A stretch of DNA of 62,019 bases, filler included, from Platydemus manokwari (GCA_037951405.1; 6 parts of 6 records of this genome joined end to end with filler, not necessarily neighbours in it); one strand, 5' to 3'. Numbered from the whole stretch's first letter, positions 39,801-53,076 are shown. Numbers and translations are program-made. The notes: a model not told the origin generated them from the sequence alone.

Positions 39801-41380
39801 ATCTGGATTCTTAAAATTAGGGAAAAGAAGGATAAAGACGTTGAGATTATATAGAGAAGATATAAAGATGTAGAGAAGTTATAAAGAAGATTTTATAGAA
39901 GATATAAAAATATAGAAGAATTAGATAAATATGTAATATTCTATGTTCCGCCAATTAGGAAAGCAAAGAAAATCAAAGATTTTAAAGAAAGGGGAATGTG
40001 AGAATTACAAATTGAATTAAAATTTTTAAAGGTTTAATTTTGGATAAAATTTGATTTTATATAAAATATGTTATTGTTTAAATAATTGTATTTTAAGACA
40101 TTTTTAGTGTCGTTCTTAGCATTCCGTTTTCTATGCGTATCTTATAAAATATTAGTACCTCACAATTATTATTAGTATTATATTACTCGGATTAGGTAAA
40201 AAAATATTTTCTTTCGCATCAATACTTGATAAAATAGTGCTAATATTATTTATAATAATTATTAATATTTCAATAAATAAAAATATTTGTGTTAAGAAAG
40301 CAGTCCTCTCACTCATTATCATGCATTTTGTTTAAAGTTTAATTTTATAATTAATTAGTATATTTTATAAAATCTCATGACATCATTAATTATATTTTTA
40401 AATTTTCATTTAATTATGAATTAATTTGATTCCTTTATTGATCTGGTTGTGATGTCTTGGATTTCTGGATTGATGAAGCATTTTGTTGGGTTGGCATTGG
40501 CATGTTGATCACAAAATATTTGAAGATCGCTGTAATACACACAATAAAATGTATAAATGCACCTTGTCTTACCCACATTCAATAAAATATTTCATCTTAT
40601 GTTAAATGTTAATTTTATCCTATAATTATTTCTTTAATTGTTCTCACTTCGATTTTCTGTATTGATGAAGCGCTTAGAAAGGTGAACAGTGTTATATTTA
40701 TAACCCATGTAAGACATCCAAATAAACCGTATGAGTGATTTATTTTGGGCTTAAAGAGTTTATTTTATTTTAGAATTCTTTTTTCTTTATTTTTGGCCAA
40801 TAAGAAATGAATATTAATTATTTTTTCAAAAATCTCTATTTTTATTTTTTTCATCAATTATTAAAAATTTAAAAAATTGTGCTAAAATATTTAAAAATAA
40901 AATTATTCACTTACCGAAAATACAATTGATAAAACCGGCTGTAGAAATAATGCGATTGGAATATCTCCATTGTTGCGATTTTCTGTTATTGATTCAGACA
41001 GATTAAGGATTTGTATAAAAACAATGAACGTTATTAATATCTTAATAGATAAATCCGTCATAATTTTTTGGTAATTTTAATTTATTACTGATTTGCAAAT
41101 ATTAAAGGTTCCTCTTTGTGTATATTTGATCGTTTTGGATTTCCATAAAATTGGAATATAAATAATGGAACAGATGAAAATAAAAGCAAGTGGGATCCAA
41201 TTTAAGACAGTATATTGAAAACAAAGAGTGAATTCTGGGTATGCGGTGTCCCATACTTGTTTGGAAGACTAATTAATTGTGATTTTACTTTAATTTTTTT
41301 AAAATAAAAGATAAGCAAACCCAAAATAACCAATCCTTGGATTTATTCGAACATAATGCTTCGAACGTTGATTCGACCAT
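33838..41380 (-). CDS. ABCC1: Multidrug resistance-associated protein (long ABCC/MRP1-like ABC transporter), 5' part: TMD0, L0 and start of TMD1; truncated by contig end
   Basis: Exons 41380-41321, 41268-41089, 41040-40915, 37454-37323, 37267-37061, 37016-36958, 36901-36761, 36712-36503, 36455-36278, 33890-33838 splice in frame: PEFTLCFQYTVLNWIP, KGVHSSGVLFIYW, SPEIKASFLSKVTFSW, RGFRRPIE, KPSFLRAL, WQGFFY..GLKAKTVIMSLVYKK, ALKLSLASRKERTIGEIV, collinear with MRP1. ABCC1 versus ABCC3 orthology is not resolved. Confidence 0.92.
34180..36070 (+). mobile_element. Decayed probable non-LTR retrotransposon in ABCC intron 9
   Basis: A-rich island with broken ORFs; LDKYLSDYGVVESV resembles LINE ORF1 and HAKYYI resembles an L1/Tx1 ORF2 C-terminus; RT motifs not recognisable. 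Confidence 0.3.
37545..38600 (+). mobile_element. Decayed Gypsy integrase + PPT + 3' LTR start in ABCC intron 3
   Basis: HRSLCHAGKEKITQYF (integrase zinc finger), KYGTPKEIH, SSHYHHNDN; PPT AAAAAAGGGAAGA then TGTGAG at 38454. Right boundary uncertain. Confidence 0.7.
39649..40164 (+). mobile_element. TRIM-like mini LTR retroelement (copy 2) in ABCC intron 3
   Basis: 5' repeat from 39649 (its 3' end deleted), PBS remnant GGCCACGAA at 39793, PPT AAAGAAAGGGGAA, 3' LTR 39997-40164 TGTGAG..CTCACA, TSD ATTAT (39644-48, 40165-69); internal region homologous to 3000-3220. Confidence 0.85.
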
Positions 41381-41889
41381 TTATATTAATAATTTTTTCA
41401 AATAAATTTCTTGATTTTTTAATCTATCTTTGGGACATCAAATTACAAGACATTCAAATAATTTAAGCTATAATTGCTCTGAAGTCATTTATTTAAACAA
41501 GTTAAATACTTCATTTAATTGTAAACAAATTAATATACCGTTATGAATATTTAATAATAATAAATGATCATTTTATTTAACTTGTTTTAAATTATTTAAT
41601 GTTAGCGGAAACAAAAACGCATTTTAAATTGAAAATTTAAATGACAAATTCTTATAAATGTAATGATAATATTTTAAGGAGTTGCAGTACCTATTAGTAG
41701 CATTAACACTGTCTTAAATATTATAATTATTCATGAATACTATATTTAATTACTTATAATATCGCATTGGTAAAAACTGTAATATAACATTAATTAACTA
41801 ATAAAATTTTGAAATTTATTAGATTTAGTCATATAGAAATCATTCGAAACTTTAATGCTATACTGATGAAGATCGATATCATTACTTAG

Positions 41890-43787
41890 TGTATCTCCAG
41901 CAACCTTTCAAAAACTAATGTACAAGCTGTTAGATAGATTGATCTTTAAAGGTGTTGTAGTATATTTGGATGATGTGTTAAAATACGGAAAAACTCAGCA
42001 GAAGCATCTACTAAAAGCCGTATTTCGACGAATTGAAGAGTCGGGTTTGAAAGTGAATTCAGAGAAATGTACACTTATCAAAGATGAAGTAATAATTTTA
42101 GATCATACGGTCAGTACCAAGGCCATACAGACTAATTACGACAAAATCGAACAGATACGAGATACCCCAATACCAGTAAACTGCAATCATTTTGAGGGCT
42201 GACAAACTATTACAGGCGATTCATCAAGGATCACGCTTTATTAGTGGATTCACTATACGCAGCAACTGTATGTGGAATCAGGAATTACAATGGTTAGAAT
42301 CGCGTCAAACAAGTTTTTTGAAGCTAAAGTTGGCACTTTGTGAAGCACCAATTTTTGATTACCCACGATAAAATAGGATATTTGTACTCGATACAGACTC
42401 AGGTTTTGGTGCAATAGAGTCTGATCTAAGCCAAGTTACTGAAGAAAGAACAGAAACAGTTATAGACTATGGGTCTCGATTGCTGATTAGTCACGAGAAA
42501 GGGGACTGCGTTACCAAGAAAAAACTGATAGCTATTCACGAGTATGTTATTTACATTAGACAATACTTGTACAGGAAGAAATTCATCGCGAGGAGTGATC
42601 ACAAAGCCCTGGTATTCTTGAACTCGACACGAAAACCGATCAGCCCTCATATTCAAACATGGATGGCGGTGCTGTCAGAATACGCTTTATTTGTCAAGCC
42701 AATTCACGGGGAGCTCTGCCACTTAGGCTCAAAGAAAACTTTCGCCTACTTGGACGACAGTTTTTTGGCCAGACGTGTTCAGGACCATCAAACAGATACT
42801 TAAAAAATGTAATAGATGGGCAAGGAGAAAGGTTGATCAATCCAGAACTAAGGAGTTTCTGATCCCTTGGTTAGGCTGTGAGTTTCAAGAGCAAATCGAG
42901 GTGGACATTGTCCAAATGGACACGGTGCATATTAACAAGAAGTATCTAGTAGTCATTATCGACATATTCAGCAAGCTAGTGAGTCTCACTGCTACATCTT
43001 AGCAAGACGAAAAGACAATCTTCCAAGTCATCTTGAACTCGTGGTTTTATCGTTTTTGAAAGCCAGAGAGCATTCTATCTTATAACTGGAAACAATTTGG
43101 AGGCAAATTTATGAGGGAGACTTATTTAAAGTTGGGTATCAAGCAAGAATTCAGCTCACCATACCAGCATCAATCGGACGGGCTGGGGGAAAGAGTCATC
43201 AGGACGGTACTAGATACTATAACAGCTACTTTAAAGGGTAAGAGTCCCGAGAAAAATAGGTCTGAGTTGCTGCTAAGGATAGAGTTCTGCATCAACGTAA
43301 CACATCAATCAACAACGAAGTTCTTGCCTTTCCAGATAATCTACGGCCAGAAGATCAATGTTCATACAAATGTTAGTCAGAAGACCAAGACTCGAGATAA
43401 TACTGCAGCAGAGGCTAGAGAAAATTCTGTGGTGGCAGCCGACATAATGTCTAACCGAGACAAGAGAAGAAGAATACATCGAGCTTTTCAGGTGAGAGAG
43501 AAAGTGCTAGTTTTCGTAGACCCCCATAAGAGGATGAAGAATGGATACCAGTACGAAACTCCCTACCGAATTACCGGATTCAAGTCATACAAACAAGGGT
43601 TGATTCAATTGCCTCATGCGATAAAATCCAGACGATTAGAGTGGCTGAAACGGTGTAGTGAGCATTAAGAGGACGCGAGTGACATTGATTAAATAAAGAA
43701 ACACGTTGATTTGTTTAAATAGTTAATTGACAGATTAGTGAAGTTTTTTAAATAAATATTATGTCTGAAAGTGTCAATAATGCAACT
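41890..43787 (+). mobile_element. 5'-truncated Ty3/Gypsy element: RT-RNase H-integrase pseudogene, PPT and 110-bp 3' LTR
   Basis: PATFQ..YLDDVL (RT), DTDSG..SDHKAL (RNase H), HGELCHLG, VDIV..VIIDIFSK and FSSPYQHQSDGLGER (integrase) with stops/frameshifts; AAGAGGACGCG then LTR 43678-43787. Confidence 0.92.
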
Positions 43788-43954
43788 TACAACTCACGAT
43801 TAATGTTAAAAATTCATAATAATAATAATAATAACTCAAGTTTTCATTCAATTCTAATATAACCAATATTCATAAACCACATAAAATTAATAAAATATCC
43901 TTCTTAAAATATAATGGCGCATATTTTAGATGAATCTAAGCAAATTTTAAAGAA

Positions 43955-44054
43955 NNNNNNNNNNNNNNNNNNNNNNNNNNNNNNNNNNNNNNNNNNNNTT
44001 AATTAATTAANNNNNNNNNNNNNNNNNNNNNNNNNNNNNNNNNNNNNNNNNNNN
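43955..44054. other. Artificial contig linker
   Basis: N44-TTAATTAATTAA-N44. Confidence 0.98.
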
Positions 44055-44439
44055 ATAATTTCATATAATAATATTACAAGTGCTGTACAAATCAACAGAT
44101 GCAAAAGTCAAAGAGTCAAAATCTTGCTCAAGTTATATAAAAGTTAAATTATCATTATTAGAAATTGTCTGGAATGGGTTGTTGCATTTTCGAATGAATT
44201 GGATTGACAAATATATTCCAAATTCGAATTCTTTCCGACATCAGGCATCCAAATCCACACTCCAGCTTTGGGTGGCCCAAGTTTCTCACTTTGGGTTTGA
44301 CTTTATAGGTTTAATGAAAATTGGTGTAGCGGGTTTCTGTTGTTTTATTGGAGGTGTTCTAAACACGGATTATATGGACTCTTTAGGTGGTTTGATTGTG
44401 GGTTTCTGAGGTGATTGATGTTGTTGTTGTTTTTTCCTC

Positions 44440-44910
44440 CATTTACTATAAGAGCTAATAGTGAATGTTATTTTTTCCTCCTCGCTCTCCTCACTGTTTG
44501 AGTAGAGCACTAATTGTTCTATGCTGTTTTCCCAACAAATCAATATTTAGAAATTATAAATCGGCTGGTGCATATTAACAAATGGCAGCAAACTCAGATG
44601 CCGTACAATAAATATTTATGTGCGAACGAAATTCCGTGACGTCAAGCAGGCACTCTCAATAGGTCTATAAAAGAGATTGGATTCCATGAGTAACTTCCAA
44701 TCTATCTATGATCTATTCGTGACTTTTACTCGATTTTTAGCAGCCAGACTTTTTGGTTGTTTTCTGCTCTCTGCTTGTTTTCGGGTCATGTTCCCACTTT
44801 GTGTGATAATTTGCTATTGAATTGTGACGCGATTTTAATTGAATCTGTTCATGATCGAACTTATGATATTGCAGTTTAAATTATAATTTTCAGATTTTAT
44901 TGTTAATTGC
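44440..44910 (-). repeat. Dispersed repeat related to 31520-31950 and 51945-52050
   Basis: TTGGGAAAACA..TAGTGCTCT.CTCA.A.A.TGAG.AGAGCGAGGA.GAAAAA shared with 51950-52015; upstream part shared with 31600-31940. Confidence 0.6.
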
Positions 44911-45974
44911 TACCCAGCAGAAAAAAATTGAGAAATTCAAATATTATATTTAATGAAAATATTCGAACCAATTATATTGATCCTTTTTTATTTTTATTAT
45001 AATTGTATTTTTCTATCGTCGAATAGGTATCATCATTCTGAACTGCGACAACCAATCAATTTATAATTTCTATTTTTAATAAATTCTGAATGATTAGCTC
45101 ATCGCTCTACAATCCTAAGAGCAATGGTGTTTTTTATTTAGTGCTTTCCAGCAGATTTAATTCCATTTGTTAACAATTTTACCTAAGATGTAATAATTCT
45201 GTATTTTTCAATTATTTTGTTTTATTGTTGGCTAATTTTTTTCAACAGCTATGTAAACAAAAACTTTATTTTACAATTCTCTTTAATTCTGTCGGACTCT
45301 GATCTCAAACTTGAGTAAGTCCTAAGGAAGCCCGGCCAAGAATCATTTTGAAAGTATTTCTTTCTAAAGTGATGTAATTAAGATCTATTCGTGAAATTAT
45401 AAATGAAGTAATTATTAAGCTCATATTTCTAATAACTTTTTATTCCAAACTCTTTATAATGTCATGGTTCAATAGTTTTATAATTAAAATATATTATAAA
45501 TAAATATTTGATTAAAGTCATGAAAACATCTTGTTATCATTTATGTGGTTCTTTAATGAATTGTAAAGTTTTCAACTAAGAAAAACCTAAATAATAGTCT
45601 GTGATATTATAATATAGTAGTAGATATATTTTAAAAAACCATTTTATCAGTGCCTCTAATCAGAGGTAGATAGGACTAAATAGTGTAGTAGAACAGAGAG
45701 AGTTAAAACAATCCAATAATAAAAATAATCTAAAACCAACACTTTGTGATAATGTGCTCAAACATAATCAGTAATTAATAAATCAACAACTAATATTTTA
45801 GGGAATATAATTTTACGAGAAGTCAATAAATTGGGGAGCCGCAACAAAGGATTAAAATAATACTCTACAAATATGTGAACTATATAGGAAATAGAAATAA
45901 AATAAAGACTATAGCATAAAAACACAAAAATTGCACAGAAAAAGAAATCTGCATGGTCAATTAGGGTAGTAACT

Positions 45975-46440
45975 AAAATTTATTGCCCATAAAATTACAA
46001 TTCTTCTCGATGAGGTGGCAAAAGTCCTCACATCATTTATTATATATACAATTCCGAATTATACAGATATTAACTTGTCAAGTTTCCTAATTGGTTACTT
46101 ATGATTCTTATCGATTGCCTTCCAAGTTAGTTGGTACGTCCGGTGAGTTGATTGTAAGCTCTTGTCCACGAGGGAGGCTTGAAGTTTCGCAGATCCGTGT
46201 GAGCCTTGTAGGTCACAAAGGCGTCTTTTAGTAGCGAGATTATCAGGGATCCAGAGATGAAGGTTATTTGGGCTTTGTCAAGTCTAATGTTCGAGAACAC
46301 TCCGTTGTTCTTTGGATCCCAAGATCCTAGAACTCCAAGACAAAGCATATCTAAGCTGGTTTGGTCCTGATTTCGAATACGATCGACTTGTATTTCCTGT
46401 AACAAGAAAGGTACGCGTTGTGTTCAGCGCAACCATCAGA
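45975..46440 (-). mobile_element. 3' fragment of an RLE-bearing (R2/NeSL/R5-type) non-LTR retrotransposon
   Basis: Frameshifted RKYKSI followed by LGVLGSWDPKNNGVF..YKAH (ORF 46127-46405), the typical end of restriction-like endonuclease ORFs; then a short 3' UTR with AATAAA. Confidence 0.7.
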
Positions 46441-47604
46441 GGCAAACATTGCTATATGTTGCTAGAATGTTACATAAGAATTACCACAAACAGAAGATAT
46501 CATCGAAGGACGATTGCACAAATCAATATTAAACTTCAAAAAGAGCATTATATTTCAATAAAAGAGGAATATACTTAATTTAGAATGCAGAGTGTAATTA
46601 AGTCGTGTAATTGAGAATATGAGTGACCAAACAAGGAATTACCTTTTTTAATAGAAATCATAATTTAAAAACTCAACAAATATCAAAAAATTATATAGTA
46701 TAGGACATTTGGGAATAGTAATCCCGATTATAAGTAGAATAAAAAATTGTATTAGATATTCCAGAATAGTTATTCCTAATATCCGTAAGATGCAGATTAA
46801 TAAAACTTATTGAGCGTACATAATAGTATTTACAAACGCTGGTAATATTTGTATCGTAGTAGTATCTACTCTAGTAGTAGTAAGGTCAGGAGCAGATCCT
46901 CGGTCTTTATTATCAAGTGGTTTCCAGACTCGATGCGCTTTTCATTGACGATTTTATTTAAAGGCCCAGACCTTGTGTTTTTTGTTGTACAGAGAGAGTT
47001 TATACATTGTAATAAATCATAAATCTTAGTGATCAACTTGCCTTTTGGAGTCAGATTAACTTAATTATAGTCCGAATATTTTTATGTTCCACACCCAGGT
47101 AGACCCAACAAAATTAATTATTTATACAAATGTTGTCTGTTTAGTTAAATTTATATATATGATAAATATTTTACCGAATTAACAAATACCGAATAATTAT
47201 TGGCTTGACATTTTTTGTTGCTAGTAAAACAAATATTTAAAGTAATGACAGACAGTTAAAAATTTCCACTAAAGAAGAAAGCGAATTCCAGAAGATTATT
47301 GTAACGAAAGTGATTATATGTTATTTAAATTATAACTATATTTATAATTATTTGTTATAAGATATTCGCGATAATGTTTCCAAATACCCGTAATTTAGAA
47401 AGTAATAGAGTAAAAATCGAAAGTAAAAGTATTTGCTATTGCCGCTAACGTTTATCGCTTCGCAATAGTATTTACAAACGCAGTAGTAAGGTCAGAAGTA
47501 AATTCTTGTCCAGTATTCCCAATTTTATGCCCAAAATCGGTTTGCTTTTTATTGACAAATTTATTTAGAAGCTCGGTCTTTGTGATTAAGTTTTGTACAT
47601 TGTA

Positions 47605-48792
47605 TAGGGTCCAGCAAAAAAATTTTATTTTTATCAATAATATCTGAAGATCAAAGTTAAAATTTCTAAATAGATCATTAAAAAACTGGAAAGACCAAGA
47701 TTTAAATTTAAATAAATCAATTAGAGTTGGTTATACGATTTAGCCTGAAAGATGAAGGCGACATAAATTTCTTCGTTGCAAATTTCTCACGAAACAACTT
47801 TTCGGCTACCGAAAACCATCGCTTTCTTGTCAAAAGTTGGGAAGCAGGAACGTCGTCAGCCTTCTGAGAGTACAACAGATTATCAAAGAGTTTGCAGGAG
47901 AACAGCGAACACTTTTTGAGCGAAACGAAGGTTCAGAAAGACCAATAACGAGCACTGCAAAATAGAATGTCATTATTGTGCGCAAAATGATTGAAGAAGA
48001 TTGTCACTTAAGCTGTTCAGCCATTTTAAGAGTCAAGGATACGAGTGTTCGCCACATATTGAAACAAGAACTTGGAAAGAAGTCACTTAGCAACAGATGG
48101 GTTCCTCACAAGAAGTAAAAGATCATTGTGATCGATAAAAAATGGATTTACCTTCGAGACGTACCTCTAAAAAATGCAGCCGTGTTTGAGTGATATTCCA
48201 ACTATTGCTGGGCTGACAATATCTGCTCACAAAGTTCTGATTATTGTTCTTAGCAATTATGGAAAATCATTTACGTATTTCGAAATTCTTCACGATGGTG
48301 GATCTATCAACACTGAGAAATACCTACAATTCCTGTAGAGTGTGATTTTAAAATTTCAAACAAGACTACCTGCTTTGGAAATGGTCATTCAGCATGACAA
48401 TGCTAGATCTCACTCAATTCGACTTTGACTTGAAGAGTATCGCGTGTCTCTATTAAAACAGCCGACCTACTCACCCGACACAAAGCTCATAAATCGCTTT
48501 ATCTTCAGGAACTAAGAGTGCTACCAACGTGGAGAGGTGAGTAACAATTTTCGCCAATATTTGGAGTCAAAATCGGAAGCCAAGCTCACAAAAGAATTTC
48601 AAAAATTTACGCATCACCTCCAGATTGTCATTGAAGCAGATGGAGACTATTTTAAACTCTGTTATAGTTTTCCAATACTTTTAGTTTAATTGCACATGCG
48701 ATTTTCACAAATAAATGTTTTAAATTGTATTTTTTTTAGATTTTAATAAGAATTCATCGGCGTAGAAAAACGAAAATTTTTGCTGGCTCCTA
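47605..48792 (+). mobile_element. Near full-length decayed mariner (DD34D-type) transposon
   Basis: TIRs TAGGGTCCAGCAAAAAAATTTT / AAAATTTTTGCTGGCTCCTA flanked by TA; motifs RWVPH, IDKKWIY, QHDNARSH, QPTYSPDTKLINRF with frameshifts. Confidence 0.9.
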
Positions 48793-49354
48793 TACATTGT
48801 AATGGCAAATGAATCTTAGGACTCAACTTATTTGTCTTTTGTTAACGATGCTGATATTGAAATTGTTAAAGTTATGAAGGTTATACTGAAAAAAGTTAAA
48901 ATAATGATAAAAATATTCAAGTTTTATACACTCTCGATTCTAAAAATGCAAGTTTGTTTAAGATGATGATCTAACGTTTTTTTGGCATCAGTCTATTGAT
49001 AAGGTTATTAAATTGTACTTTATGCTTTAAAGTTCTACTTCGAACGTATTAAACTTTAAAATCAATTAAAAACGTGATTTATAAGGAGCTTGACTTTTTA
49101 CTAGCCCACCTTAGAGTATCCAAAGTTTGTGATATTTAAGTAATAAAGATTCAGATAGTTTAAAATAAATATTTTATTAGCAAACAAATAAACTTTAATT
49201 AAAAATTAAAAACATGTTTATTTATTTAGTTAGAATTTATTTTTTAATTTAGCACATTCCTATCAAATAAATATCTTTTTTTAAAGTTTATCTTGTTTTA
49301 GTGAATCATTCACTAAAAACTAATTAATTTTTTTAAAATTATTCTAAATTAAAT

Positions 49355-50156
49355 ATGGTGGATTTAAAAAGCTTAAGTGATAAAGAATTGCGCGAGTTGT
49401 TATTAAAACATGATGACAGTGCTCCACCGGTAAATGGTATGATTGTTTTATTTATTTTATGCATTTACGTGACTTCAGCCAATACCAGGCCTACGCTAGA
49501 AAAAAGGTTAAAGGCTATTCTTGGTACTTTATAATTTATTTTCGAATTTTTGACTTAAATTTATCTTAGATGAAAACCATGAAATTAGTGGTGAATCCAA
49601 AAGGTTAGTAATTAAATAATATGATTTAGTATTTTTAAAATTAAACCATTTTGATTATTTTTTGTTATTGAAATTTATAAATGATAAATTTCTTTTAGTT
49701 TAGACATTTCAAACGTTATGGAAATTAATGAAGTTTGTACTCCTCCGCGTACACCACCAATAGTACACTTTGAAACGAAGTAATTTTATCTAATTAATGA
49801 TTTATCTTATTAGTTTTAGAGCCGCCATTCGGCACGAATACGAAAGAGAATACACTCCTTCATATTGTCGTAAATCTTTGAGTGAATATAGAGATAAAAC
49901 TTACGATTCACCCAAGTTTAATTTACTAGATCGTCCTGGATGCACGCCCCATATCAATAAACACGAGATTAAAAGTAATTTCAATCTTATTTTGAATATA
50001 TTTTAATGATTTTCAGGAAAATCATCTAAAGATTCAAAGCCATCTGGTTTAACTGGGATTTTAATGGTGATTGCAGTTTTTCTTGCCATCGGTTTGGGTG
50101 TCTATTTAATGCTAACATGGGATCCATCATTTAGTAATCCGTTAGGATCGAAGTAA
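49355..50156 (+). CDS. LEM-domain inner nuclear membrane protein (emerin/LAP2beta/otefin-like), ~180 aa
   Basis: Exons 49355-49436, 49479-49523, 49570-49603, 49699-49779, 49814 or 49820-49974, 50017-50156; N-terminal LEM motif MVDLKSLSDKELRELLLKHDDSAPPVNANTRPTLEKRL; single C-terminal TM ILMVIAVFLAIGLGVYLML. Confidence 0.88.
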
Positions 50157-51399
50157 ATCTACAAAAACAAACGCAGATGCTAATCATCGAATTTGTAATT
50201 ATTTTTCTATGAACATTGTTTGTTTTTGTGTTTACATTTTGACTGCTTTTTAAATTTTTTTTGCTTCAAAACGTTTTTATGAAGTTTAAAAGAATATTGT
50301 TCAATTATTCCAGACAAATGAAGATGCGAATGTCAACTGAATTTCGTAGTTGTAATGGAGGAGTTGTTTGTATAAACGAATGATAACTGTTTATATTTTT
50401 GAATTTATGAGATAAAATTTGATGATGAAGACAAAGGTTGTGTTTAATTTCAATTTGCAGTTCAAAGTTGATTTATGAAAATGTCTTCAGTTTTTTAGGC
50501 CGAATAAAAATAATTTTAATGTTTTTGAGGCTTACCGTAGATGCATTACTTTGTAATTGATAAATCAAATTATAAATGTTGTTAATAGGCAAATTTAAGT
50601 ATAATTGAAGTAAATAAACTGGAATAATTATTTTTAACAATTTTATTAGTTTAGTTGTGTATTGGTGCTGTGAAGAGTGATAAATTGGGATATCTGCGAG
50701 CATTACTTATTCCTTCTGTTTAATAATCGAGATTATATCAACAATTTTTAAACCTTGCAACTTAGGTTCAGACATTTAAGTATTATTTTTCGATTGTTGT
50801 AAATACTCCACAATAAATTTAAATACTATTTCAATACTATAAAAACAGAATGTAGGTGGAGTGAGTTACTTCAGTTAAATTGTTTGTAATTTTAACCCTA
50901 TATTTATATTTTATTATACGTGGTGTGATTTATTTTCCAAACAAAATTCCTATCCATGCTTAAGCATTAAATATTTCCTTAAGAAATGAATATTTACATT
51001 AAGCTGAATGCAAATGTAATTATTTCCAAAAAATTGTCATGTCTGATAATTTATTGTTTTTAAAATATGGACAAAAATATCGAAATGTTTTGAAAAAGTT
51101 TATTGTCAATTATTATTAATTAAATGTGCTATATTTTGGTAGGGTTTTCCACAAATTGCATTTGTTTTAAATATGTTTTGTTACTATTTATATTATGTGA
51201 ATTTTTAACATCCGTAATATTGCAATGAACTTACCTTATATTCATATTTTATAAAAAATATTCTAATTACCTTATAATTTCCTTGACACTATTTTATTTA
51301 CTTATTTTTTCCATTATTTATTTATTTAAATATTCTAAAGCTTTTTACAAGGTTAACAAAATCTAACGGTGATTGAGACTAACCGAGATGAGTAGCTTT

Positions 51400-52370
51400 T
51401 TATTTATTGTTTTTTAATGGGTCTGACCCTCAACATGTTTATTGCAAAGATATTCTACAAAAGTCTTTATTAGTGAATAAGATAATTGTTGAATAAGGGC
51501 GAATGTCATCTTAGAACCATTGTTTTGATCCTTTACAAATACACATGCCTACGGGTATAGTAGTCAGTCAACCAGGGATGTTATTCATTGAAGATTCCAA
51601 TTCAGTGAAAGTACATGACTACACAAAAACTCAGTTTTTTAGAATATTGGGATTTTAAGAATATTGTTAGACCAAATTGGAATTGCAGAAATAAAATGTC
51701 AAATTAAATTGTAACACATGAAACCTCATGCAGGATTCATGTATCTATAACAATGTAAAGATTGCCTATTGCCAGTTAAAACCCGATAAGAGTTGAGTCT
51801 ACTGTAGCAGTTGCTAGTTGAAGTTGTTTACAATTATTTAATGTGAACTAAAGTGCTGAATAGAAGGGTTTTCTTGTGAATATGAATTGCAACCGTCATT
51901 ATTTTGTTATAATATAACTAAATAGAATCAGGGCTTACAGACTGAAGTGTGTTGGGAAAACACTGATCGGCTAGTGCTCTGCTCAGATAATGAGAAGAGC
52001 GAGGAAGAAAAAGCTTAAATTACCATCAGTTCATATGGTAAATGAAAGAGCAGAATTGTGACATTTTTATGATTTTTTATCAGTATAAAGTTGAATTTAA
52101 TTTTGTAAATAAAAAATGTAAATAAAATATATATTATTATTTATAAGTCAAGTAATTATAATAAGAAATAAGAAAAGAATACAAAAGAAATTTAATAATT
52201 AATTTGTAAAACCGATAATTTATATGATAAATTTATAAGGTTAACCAAATTGATAGAATTTTAAAGTTAAGATACTTTTAAAATGATAAATAATTAAAGG
52301 TTAAAGTAATAAAAATGTTTAAAATTTACAATAGTGATGAAAAATCTTAGGAACAAAGTGCCAAGTCTCA
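51400..52370 (+). mobile_element. Old Gypsy-like remnant ending in PPT and possible LTR
   Basis: Shares a segment with 44440-44535; purine tract GAAAGAGCAGAA then TGTGACA at ~52057; coding motifs barely recognisable. Confidence 0.35.
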
Positions 52371-52976
52371 ACATCTATATAAGCTGGTGGATTTCCATCA
52401 CAATCCAGTCTTAAAAATTTGGAGCTTAAAGTTCTTAAGTGAAAATATTTATAAAACGAAAAACATTTCAAAAAACGGTAAAGAAATAATTGTTTAATAA
52501 CTTTAAATATGTAACAAAATAAATACTAACACTTTGAATTCTGAAGGATCTCATCTTAGGAATCAATATTTTAAAATCTATAATAAAATCATTAAGGTAA
52601 CGCAATAAGTTCTCATGTTCCCGGTGAGATCACTAAACCAAATTGTTTGACAAAATTCTTATTCTGAGTTAATAGTTTGAGTCAATATGTAAGCCAATTT
52701 GTCATAATAAATAAAAGAATATTGTACTTGTTGATTATTTAATTTACATAATAATCTTAAAATCATATAGAAGTATTAGATTTTTATATAGTGAGGTTGG
52801 TTAGTATTAGTTGTTTTGTGTTGGTTGCGCTTTATTTATCTAGTGTGCTCGTTGATTCCAATCGGACTCCAAACGATTGGTTACGTTCGATAGAAGTATT
52901 TTATAATGTAAATAGCAATATAATAATAAATAACAATAACGCACTGAAATAAGATATAATTATGAATCAAAATAAT

Positions 52977-53076
52977 NNNNNNNNNNNNNNNNNNNNNNNN
53001 NNNNNNNNNNNNNNNNNNNNTTAATTAATTAANNNNNNNNNNNNNNNNNNNNNNNNNNNNNNNNNNNNNNNNNNNN
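52977..53076. other. Artificial contig linker
   Basis: N44-TTAATTAATTAA-N44. Confidence 0.98.

Noticed and set aside
44080-44409. 109-aa plus-strand ORF
   Set aside because: Antisense to a K/P/Q-rich stretch adjoining a repeat; no domain evidence.
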